Shown piece after piece: positions 52,301 through 62,970 of a stretch of DNA of 64,000 nt; position 1 is the stretch's first letter; every line of letters starts with the position of its first letter. Below the pieces are notes generated by a model, which was not told the origin of the DNA, did not search any database, and worked only from the letters and a program-made list of their open reading frames with translations. The position numbers were made by a program, and so were the translations under genes. The stretch lies in contig OZ024742.1 in NCBI GenBank assembly GCA_964016885.1, positions 167,152,001 to 167,216,000 on the forward strand, written 5' to 3'. The stretch is from Eledone cirrhosa (lineage: Eukaryota).

Positions 52301-53550
52301 TTTCCAGCCGTCGAAGGGAAGATAATTTCCAGCCCTCCAAGGGGCTATAATTTCCAGCGTCCAAGGGGAGATAATTTCCAGCCAGCGAAGGGGAGATAAT
52401 TTTTTTAAAAAAATCATTGGGAGATTTGTAAAAAAAATCAGGGAGAGATAATTTGTAAAAAAAATCAAGGGGAGATAATTTCCAGCCGTCCAAGGGGAGG
52501 TAATATCTAGCCGTCCAAGGGGAGATAATTTCCAGCCGTCCAAGGGGAGATAATTTCCAGCCGTCCAAGGGTAGATAATATCCAGCCGTCCAAGTAGACA
52601 TTTTCCAGCCGTCCAAGGAGAGGTAATTTCTAGCCGTCCAAGGGGAGATAAATTCCAGCCTCCAAGGGGAGATAATTTCCAGCCAGCCAAGGGGAGATAA
52701 TTTGTAAAAAAATCAGGGGGAGATAATTTGTAAAAAAATCAGGGGGAGATAATTTGTAAAAAAAAATCAGGGGGAGATAATTTGTAAAAAAAAATCAGGG
52801 GGAGATAATTTGTAAAAAAAAATCAGGGGGAGATAATTTGTAAAAAAAATCAAGGGGAGATAATTTCCAGCCGTCCAAGGGGAGATAATTTCCATCCTTC
52901 CAAGGGGAGATAATTTCCAGCCGTCCAAGGGGAGATAATTTCCCGCCAGCCAAGGGAAGATAATTTGTAAAAAAATCAGGGGGAGATAATTTGTAAAAAA
53001 AAAATCAGGGGGAGACAATTTGTAAAAAAAATCAGGGGGAAATAATTTGTAAAAAAAAATCAAGGGGAGATAATTTGTACAAAAAATCAGGGGTATATAA
53101 TTTGTAAAAAAAAATCAGGGGGAGATAATTTGTAAAAAAAAATCAGGGGGAGATAATTTGTAAAAAAAATCAAGGGGAGATAATTTGCAGCCGTCCAAGG
53201 GGAGATAATTTTCAGCCGTCCAAGGAGAGGTAATTTCTAGCCGTCCAAGGTGAGATAATATCCAGCCGTCCAAGGGGAGATAATTTCCAGCCGTCCAAGG
53301 GGAGATAATTTTTAAAAAAAAACAGGCGAAGATAATTTGTAAAAAAAAAATCAGGGGGAGATAATTTGTAAAAAAAAATCAGGGGGAGATAATTTGTAAA
53401 AAAAAATCAGGGGGAGGTAATTTGTAAAAAAAATCAAGGGGAGATAATTTCCAGCCGTCCAAGGGAAGATAATTTCCAGCCCTCCAAGGGGCTATAATTT
53501 CCAGCGTCCAAGGGGAGATAATTTCCAGCCAGCGAAGGGGAGATAATTGT
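25390..53550 (+). repeat. Large higher-order tandem duplication, two ~14 kb copies (~25.4-39.5 kb and ~39.5-53.5 kb) differing by internal indels
   Basis: ORF offsets: 25608/39707 = 14099; 26863/40279 = 13416; 28822/42212 = 13390; 31526/45523 through 35606/49603 = 13997; 36570/50566 through 38291/52287 = 13996; 39432/53379 = 13947. Confidence 0.92.
36500..38290 (+). repeat. Local ~1 kb diverged tandem repeat unit (also ~12.85-14.5 kb and ~50.5-52.3 kb)
   Basis: ORF pairs 36570/37584 (1014), 36857/37843 (986), 13201/14241 (1040) and 50566/51580 (1014). Module order is Y, V, Z-variant, A-run, W-variant. Confidence 0.82.
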
Positions 53551-56500
53551 TTTAAAAAAATCATTGGGAGATTTGTAAAAAAAATCAGGGGGAGATAATT
53601 AATAAAAAAAATCAAGGGGAGATAATTCCAGCCGTCCAAGGGGAGGTAATATCTAGCCGTCCAAGGGGAGATAATTTCCAGCCGTCCAAGGGGAGATAAT
53701 TTCCAGCCGTTCAAGGGTAGATAATATCCAGCCGTCCAAGGAGACATATTTTCCAGCCGTGCAAGGAGAGGTAATTTCTAGCCGTCCAAGGGGAGATAAA
53801 TTCCAGCCTCCAAGGGGAGATAATTTCCAGCCAGCCAAGGGGAGATAATTTGTAAAAAAATCAGGGGGAGATAATTTGTAAAAAAAGTCAGGGGTAGATA
53901 ATTTGTAAAAAAAAATCAGGGGGAGATAATTTGTAAAAAAAAATCAGGGGGAGATAATTTGTAAAAAAAATCAAGGGGAGATAATTTCCAGCCATCCAAG
54001 GAGAGATAATTTTTAAAAAAAATCAGGCGGAGATAATTTGTAAAAAAAAATCAGGGGGAGATAATTTGTAAAAAAAATCAGGGGGTGATAATTTGTAAAA
54101 AAAATCAAGGGGAGATAATTTCCAGCCGTCCAAGGGGAGATAATTTCCAGCCGTCCAAGGGGACATAAATTTTTTAAAAAAATCAGGCGGAGATAATTTG
54201 TAAAAAAAATCAGGGGGAGATAAATTGTAAAAAAAAATCAGGGGAAGATAATTTGTAAAAAAAATCAGGGGGAGATAATTTCCAGCCGTCCAAGGTAAGA
54301 TAATTTCCAGCCCTCCAAGGGGCTATAATTTCCAGCATCCAAGGGGAGATAATTTCCAGCCGTCCAAGGGTAGATAATATCCAGCCGTCCAAGTAGACAT
54401 ATTTTCCAGCCGTCCAAGGAGAGGTAATTTCTAGCCGTCCAAGGGGAGATAAATTCCAGCCTCCAAGGGGAGATAATTTCCAGCCAGCCAAGGGGAGATA
54501 ATTTGTAAAAAAATCAGGGGGAGATAATTTGTAAAAAAAATCAGGGGGAGATAATTTGTAAAAAAAAATCAGGGGGAGATAATTTGTAAAAAAAAATCAG
54601 GGGGAGATAATTTCCAGCCGTCCAAGGGGAGATAATTTTCAGCCGTCCAAGGGTAGATAATATCCAGCCGTCCAAGTAGACATTTTCCAGCCGTCCAAGG
54701 AGAGGTAATTTCTAGCCGTCCAAGGGGAGATAAATTCCAGCCTCCAAGGGGAGATAATTTCCAGCCAGCCAAGGGGAGATAATTTGTAAAAAAATCAGGG
54801 GGAGATAATTTGTAAAAAAAATCAGGGGGAGATAATTTGTAAAAAAAAATCAGGGGGAGATAATTTGTAAAAAAAAATCAGGGGGAGATAATTTGTAAAA
54901 AAAATCAAGGGGAGATAATTTCCAGCCGTCCAAGGGGAGATAATTTTCAGCCGTCCAAGGGGAGATAATTTCCAGCCGTCCAAGGGGAGATAATTTCCAT
55001 CCTTCCAAGGGGAGATAATTTCCAGCCTTCCAAGGGGAGATAATTTTCAGCCGTCCAAGGGGAGATAATTTCCCGCCAGCCAAGGGAAGATAATATTTTA
55101 AAAAATCAGGCGGAGATAATTTGTAAAAAAAATCAGGGGGAGATAATTTGTAAAAAAATCAGGGGGAGATAATTTGTAAAAAAAAATCAGGGGGAGGTAA
55201 TTTGTGAAAAAAAATCAAGGGGAGATAATTTCCAGCCGTCCAAGGGAAGATAATTTCCAGCCCTCCAAGGGGCTATAATTTCCAGCGTCCAAGGGGAGAT
55301 AATTTCCAGCCAGCGAAGGGGAGATAATTTTTTTTTTTTTAAATCAGGGGGAGATAATTTGTAAAAAAAAATCAGGGGGAGATAATTTCCAGCCGTCCAA
55401 GGGGAGATAATTTTCAGCCGTCCAAGGGGAGATAATTTTCAGCCGTCCAAGGGGAGATAATTTCCCGCCAGCCAAGGAAAGATAATATTTAAAAAAATCA
55501 GGCGGAGATAATTTGTAAAAAAAAATCAGGGGGAGATAATTTGTAAAAAAAATCAATTGGAGATAATTTCCAGCCGTCCAAGGGGAGATAATTTTCAGCC
55601 GTCCAAGGAGAGGTAATTTCTAGACGTCCAAGGGGAGATAATTTCCAGCCGTCCAAGGGGAGATAATTTCCAGCCGTCCAAGGGTAGATAATATCCAGCC
55701 GTCCAAGGAGACATATTTTCCAGCTTTCCAAGGAGAGGTAATTTCTAGCCGTCCAAGGGGAGATAAATTCCAGCCTCCAAGGGGAGATAATTTCCAGCCA
55801 GCCAAGGGGAGATAATTTGTAAAAAAATCAGGGGGAGATAATTTGTAAAAAAAAATCAGGGGCAGATAATTTGTAAAAAAAATCAGGGGGAGATAATTTG
55901 TAAAAAATATCAGGGGGAGATAATTTGTAAAAAAAATCAAGGGGAGATAATTTCCAGCCGTCCAAGGGGAGATAATTTTCAGCCGTCCAAGGGGAGATAA
56001 TTTCCCGCCAGCCAAGGGAAGATAATATTTAAAAAATAAGGCGGAGATAATTTGTAAAAAAAATCAGGGGGAGATAATTTGTAAAAAAATCAGGGGGAGA
56101 TAATTTGTAAAAAAAAAATCAGGGAGAGATAATTTGTAAAAAAAATCAGGGGGAGATAATTTGTAAAAAAAAATCAGGGGTAGATAATTTGTAAAAAAAA
56201 ATCAGGGGGAGATAATTTGTAAAAAAAATCAGGGGGAGATAATTTGTAAAAAAAATCAAGGGGAGATAATTTCCAGCCGTCCAAGGGAAGATAATTTCAA
56301 GCCCTCCAAGGGGCTATAATTTCCAGTGTCCAAGGGGAGATAATTTCCAGCCAGCGAAGGGGAGATAATTTTTTTTTTTAAATCAGTGGGAGATTTGTAC
56401 AAAAAATCAGGGGGAGATAATTTGTAAAAAAAATCAAAGGGAGATAATTTCCAGCCGTCCAAAGAGAGATAATTTCTAGCCGTCCAAGGGGAGATAATTT

Positions 56501-59500
56501 CGAGCCAAGGGGAGATAATTTCCAGCCGTCCAAGGGGAGATAATTTTTTAAAAAATCAGGTGGAGATAATTTGTAAAAAAAATCAGGGGGAGATAATTTG
56601 TAAAAACAAAATCAAGGGCAGATAATTTCCAGCTGTCCAAGGGGAGATAATTTCCAGCCGTGCAAGGGGAGATAATTTCCAGCCGTCCAAGGGGAGATAA
56701 TTTCCATCCTTCCAAGGGGAGATAATTTCCAGCCGTCCAAGGGGAGATAATTTCCCGCCAGCCAAGGGAAGATAATTTTTTAAAAAATCAGGCGGAGATT
56801 GTAAAAAAAATCAGGGGGAGATAATTTGTAAAAAAATCAGGGGGAGATAATTTGTAAAAAAATCAAGGGGAGATAATTTCCAGCTGTCCAAGGGGAGGTA
56901 ATATCTAGCCGTCCAAGGGGAGATAATTTCCAGCCGTCCAAGGGGAGATAATTTCCAACCGTCCAAGGGTAGATAATATCCAGCCGTCCAAGGAGACATA
57001 TTTTCCAGCCGTCCAAGGAGAGGTAATTTCTAGCCGTCCAAGTGGAGATAAATTCCAGCCTCCAAGGGGAGATAATTTCCAGCCAGCCAAGGGGAGATAA
57101 TTTGTAAAAAATTCAGGGGGAGATAATTTGTAAAAAAAATCAGGGGGAGATAATTTGTAAAAAAAATCAGGGGGAGATAATTTGTAAAAAAAATCAAGGG
57201 GAGATAATTTCCAGCCGTCCAAGGAGAGATAATTTAAAAAAAAAATCAGGCGGAGATAATTTGTAAAAAAAAATCAGGGGGAGATAATTTGTAAAAAAAA
57301 ATCAGGGGGAGATAATTTGTAAAAAAAATCAAGGGGAGATAATTTCCAGCCGTCCAAGGGGAGATAATTTTCAGCCGTCCAAGGGGAGATAATTTCCAGC
57401 CGTCCAAGGGGAGATAATTTAAAAAAAAAATCAGGCGGAGATAATTTGTAAAAAAAATCAAGGGGAGATAATTTGCAACCGTCCAAGGGGACATAATTTT
57501 CAGTCGTCCAAGGAGAGGTAATTTCTAGCCGTACAAGGGGAGATAATTTCCAGCCGTCCAAGGGGAGATAATTTCCAGCCGTCCAAGGGGAGATAATTTT
57601 TTTTTAAAAATCAGGGGGAGATAATTTGTAAAAAAAAATCAGGGGGAGATAATTTGTAAAAAAAAATCAGGGGGAGATAATTTGTAAAAAAAATCAAGGG
57701 GAGATAATTTCCAGCCGTCCAAGGGAAGATAATTTCCAGCCCTCCAAGGGGCTATAATTTCCAGCGTCCAAGGGGAGATAATTTCCAGCCAGCGAAGGGG
57801 AGATAATTGTTTTAAAAAAATCATTGGGAGATTTGTAAAAAAAATCAGGGGGAGATAATTAATAAAAAAAATCAAGGGGAGATAATTTCCAGCCGTCCAA
57901 GGGGAGGTAATATCTAGCCGTCCAAGGGGAGATAATTTCCAGCCGTCCAAGGGAGATAATTTCCAGCCGTCCAAGGGTAGATAATATCCAGCCGTCCAAG
58001 GAGACATATTTTCCAGCCGTCCAAGGAGAGGTAATTTCTAGCCGTCCAAGGGGAGATAAATTCCAGCCTCCAAGGGGAGATAATTTCCAGCCAGCCAAGG
58101 GGAGATAATTTGTAAAAAAATCAGGGGGAGATAATTTGTAAAATAAATCAGGGGTAGATAATTTGTAAAAAAAAATCAGGGGGAGATAATTTGTAAAAAA
58201 AAATCAGGGGGAGATAATATGTAAAAAAAATCAAGGGGAGATAATTTCCAGCCGTCCAAGGAGAGATAATTTAAAAAAAAAATCAGGCGGAGATAATTTG
58301 TAAAAAAAAATCAGGGGGAGATAATTTGTAAAAAAAAATCAGGGGGAGATAATTTGTAAAAAAAATCAAGGGGAGATAATTTCCAGCCGTCCAAGGGGAG
58401 ATAATTTCCAGCCGTCCAAGGGGAAATAATTTTTTTAAAAAAATCAGGCGGAGATAATTTGTAAAAAAAATCAGGGGGAGATAATTTGTAAAAAAAAATC
58501 AGGGGGAGATAATTTGTAAAAAAAAAATCAGGGGGAGATAATTTCCAGCCGTCCAAGGTAAGATAATTTCCAGCCCTCCAAGGGGCTATAATTTCCAGCA
58601 TCCAAGGGGAGATAATTTCCAGCCGTCCAATGGTAGATAATATCCAGCCGTCCAAGTAGACATTTTCCAGCCGTCCAAGGAGAGGTAATTTCTAGCCGTC
58701 CAAGGGGAGATAAATTCCAGCCTCCAAGGGGAGATAATTTCCAGCCAGCCAAGGGGAGATAATTTGTAAAAAAATCAGGGGGAGATAATTTGTAAAAAAA
58801 ATCAGGGGGAGATAATTTGTAAAAAAAATCAGGGGGAGATAATTTGTAAAAAAAAATCAGGGGGAGATAATTTGTAAAAAAAAATCAGGGGGAGATAATT
58901 TGTAAAAAAAATCAAGGGGAGATAATTTCCAGCCGTCCAAGGGGAGATAATTTTCAGCCGTCCAAGGGGAGATAATTTCCAGCCGTCCAAGGGGAGATAA
59001 TTTCCATCCTTCCAAGGGGAGATAATTTCCAGCCGTCCAAGGGGAGATAATTTTCAGTCGTCCAAGGGGAGATAATTTCCCGCCAGCCAAGGGAAGATAA
59101 TATTTTAAAAAATCAGGCGGAGATAATTTGTAAAAAAAATCAGGGGGAGATAATTTGTAAAAAAATCAGGGGGAGATAATTTGTAAAAAAAAAATCAGGG
59201 GGAGATAATTTGTAAAAAAAATCAGGGGGAGATAATTTGTAAAAAAAAAATCAGGTGTAGATAATTTGTAAAAAAAAATCAGGGGGAGATAATTTGTAAA
59301 AAAAAAATCAGGGGGAGATAATTTGTAAAAAAAATCAGGGGGAGATAATTTGTAAAAAAAAATCAGGGGGAGATAATTTCCAGCCGTCCAAGGGGAGATA
59401 ATTTTCAGCCGTCCAAGGGGAGATAATTTCCCGCCAGCCAAGGGAAGATAATATTTAAAAAAATCAGGCGGAGATAATTTGTAAAAAAAATCAGGGGGAG

Positions 59501-62500
59501 ATAATTTGTAAAAAAAAATCAGGGGGAGATAATTTGTAAAAAAAATCAAGGGGAGATAATTTCCAGCCGTCCAAGGAGAGATAATTTAAAAAAAAAATCA
59601 GGCGGAGATAATTTGTAAAAAAAAATCAGGGGGAGATAATTTGTAAAAAAAAATCAGGGGGAGATAATTTGTAAAAAAAATCAAGGGGAGATAATTTCCA
59701 GCCGTCCAAGGGGAGATAATTTTCAGCCGTCCAAGGGGAGATAATTTCCAGCCGTCCAAGGGGAGATAATTTTAAAAAAAAAATCAGGCGGAGATAATTT
59801 GTAAAAAAAATCAAGGGGAGATAATTTGCAACCGTCCAAGGGGACATAATTTTCAGTCGTCCAAGGAGAGGTAATTTCTAGCCGTCCAAGGGGAGATAAT
59901 TTCCAGCCGTCCAAGGGGAGATAATTTCCAGCCGTCCAAGGGGAGATAATTTTTTTTTAAAAATCAGGCGGAGATAATTTGTAAAAAAAAAATCAGGGGG
60001 AGATAATTTGTAAAAAAAATCAAGGGGAGATAATTTCCAGCCGTCCAAGGGAAGATAATTTCCAGCCCTCCAAGGGGCTATAATTTCCAGCGTCCAAGGG
60101 GAGATAATTTCCAGCCAGCGAAGGGGAGATAATTTTTTTAAAAAAATCATTGGGAGATTTGTAAAAAAAATCAGGGAGAGATAATTTGTAAAAAAAATCA
60201 AGGGGAGATAATTTCCAGCCGTCCAAGGGGAGGTAATATCTAGCCGTCCAAGGGGAGATAATTTCCAGCCGTCCAAGGGGAGATAATTTCCAGCCGTCCA
60301 AGGGTAGATAATATCCAGCCGTCCAAGTAGACATTTTCCAGCCGTCCAAGGAGAGGTAATTTCTAGCCGTCCAAGGGGAGATAAATTCCAGCCTCCAAGG
60401 GGAGATAATTTCCAGCCAGCCAAGGGGAGATAATTTGTAAAAAAATCAGGGGGAGATAATTTGTAAAAAAATCAGGGGGAGATAATTTGTAAAAAAAAAT
60501 CAGGGGGAGATAATTTGTAAAAAAAAATCAGGGGGAGATAATTTGTAAAAAAAAATCAGGGGGAGATAATTTGTAAAAAAAATCAAGGGGAGATAATTTC
60601 CAGCCGTCCAAGGGGAGATAATTTCCATCCTTCCAAGGGGAGATAATTTCCAGCCGTCCAAGGGGAGATAATTTCCCGCCAGCCAAGGGAAGATAATTTT
60701 TAAAAAAATCAGGCGGAGATTGTAAAAAAAATCAGGGGGAGATAATTTGTAAAAAAATCAGGGGGAGATAATTTGTAAAAAAAAAATCAGGGGGAGACAA
60801 TTTGTAAAAAAAATCAGGGGGAAATAATTTGTAAAAAAAAATCAAGGGGAGATAATTTGTACAAAAAATCAGGGGTATATAATTTGTAAAAAAAAATCAG
60901 GGGGAGATAATTTGTAAAAAAAAATCAGGGGGAGATAATTTGTAAAAAAAATCAAGGGGAGATAATTTGCAGCCGTCCAAGGGGAGATAATTTTCAGCCG
61001 TCCAAGGAGAGGTAATTTCTAGCCGTCCAAGGTGAGATAATATCCAGCCGTCCAAGGGGAGATAATTTCCAGCCGTCCAAGGGGAGATAATTTTTAAAAA
61101 AAAACAGGCGAAGATAATTTGTAAAAAAAAAATCAGGGGGAGATAATTTGTAAAAAAAAATCAGGGGGAGATAATTTGTAAAAAAAAATCAGGGGGAGGT
61201 AATTTGTAAAAAAAATCAAGGGGAGATAATTTCCAGCCGTCCAAGGGAAGATAATTTCCAGCCCTCCAAGGGGCTATAATTTCCAGCGTCCAAGGGGAGA
61301 TAATTTCCAGCCAGCGAAGGGGAGATAATTGTTTTAAAAAAATCATTGGGAGATTTGTAAAAAAAATCAGGGGGAGATAATTAATAAAAAAAATCAAGGG
61401 GAGATAATTCCAGCCGTCCAAGGGGAGGTAATATCTAGCCGTCCAAGGGGAGATAATTTCCAGCCGTCCAAGGGGAGATAATTTCCAGCCGTTCAAGGGT
61501 AGATAATATCCAGCCGTCCAAGGAGACATATTTTCCAGCCGTGCAAGGAGAGGTAATTTCTAGCCGTCCAAGGGGAGATAAATTCCAGCCTCCAAGGGGA
61601 GATAATTTCCAGCCAGCCAAGGGGAGATAATTTGTAAAAAAATCAGGGGGAGATAATTTGTAAAAAAAGTCAGGGGTAGATAATTTGTAAAAAAAAATCA
61701 GGGGGAGATAATTTGTAAAAAAAAATCAGGGGGAGATAATTTGTAAAAAAAATCAAGGGGAGATAATTTCCAGCCATCCAAGGAGAGATAATTTTAAAAA
61801 AAAATCAGGCGGAGATAATTTGTAAAAAAAAATCAGGGGGAGATAATTTGTAAAAAAAATCAGGGGGTGATAATTTGTAAAAAAAATCAAGGGGAGATAA
61901 TTTCCAGCCGTCCAAGGGGAGATAATTTCCAGCCGTCCAAGGGGACATAAATTTTTTAAAAAAATCAGGCTGAGATAATTTGTAAAAAAAATCAGGGGGA
62001 GATAAATTGTAAAAAAAAATCAGGGGGAGATAATTTGTAAAAAAAATCAGGGGGAGATAATTTCCAGCCGTCCAAGGTAAGATAATTTCCAGCCCTCCAA
62101 GGGGCTATAATTTCCAGCATCCAAGGGGAGATAATTTCCAGCCGTCCAAGGGTAGATAATATCCAGCCGTCCAAGTAGACATATTTTCCAGCCGTCCAAG
62201 GAGAGGTAATTTCTAGCCGTCCAAGGGGAGATAAATTCCAGCCTCCAAGGGGAGATAATTTCCAGCCAGCCAAGGGGAGATAATTTGTAAAAAAATCAGG
62301 GGGAGATAATTTGTAAAAAAAATCAGGGGGAGATAATTTGTAAAAAAAAATCAGGGGGAGATAATTTGTAAAAAAAAATCAGGGGGAGATAATTTCCAGC
62401 CGTCCAAGGGGAGATAATTTTCAGCCGTCCAAGGGTAGATAATATCCAGCCGTCCAAGTAGACATTTTCCAGCCGTCCAAGGAGAGGTAATTTCTAGCCG

Positions 62501-62970
62501 TCCAAGGGGAGATAAATTCCAGCCTCCAAGGGGAGATAATTTCCAGCCAGCCAAGGGGAGATAATTTGTAAAAAAATCAGGGGGAGATAATTTGTAAAAA
62601 AAATCAGGGGGAGATAATTTGTAAAAAAAAATCAGGGGGAGATAATTTGTAAAAAAAAATCAGGGGGAGATAATTTGTAAAAAAAAATCAAGGGGAGATA
62701 ATTTCCAGCCGTCCAAGGGGAGATAATTTTCAGCCGTCCAAGGGGAGATAATTTCCAGCCGTCCAAGGGGAGATAATTTCCATCCTTCCAAGGGGAGATA
62801 ATTTCCAGCCTTCCAAGGGGAGATAATTTTCAGCCGTCCAAGGGGAGATAATTTCCCGCCAGCCAAGGGAAGATAATATTTTAAAAAATCAGGCGGAGAT
62901 AATTTGTAAAAAAAATCAGGGGGAGATAATTTGTAAAAAAATCAGGGGGAGATAATTTGTAAAAAAAAAA
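52330..62970 (+). repeat. Higher-order repeat, period ~7.78 kb (~52.3-55.2 kb repeated at ~60.1-63.0 kb; third copy at ~8.6-11.5 kb)
   Basis: ORF pairs 53379/61161, 53653/61435, 54210/61992 and 54569/62351 all have offset 7782; 9668/53379 has offset 43711. Shared variants GATAATTCCAG, CCGTTCAAG, AAAAGTCAGG and GGGGGTGATAA. Confidence 0.9.
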
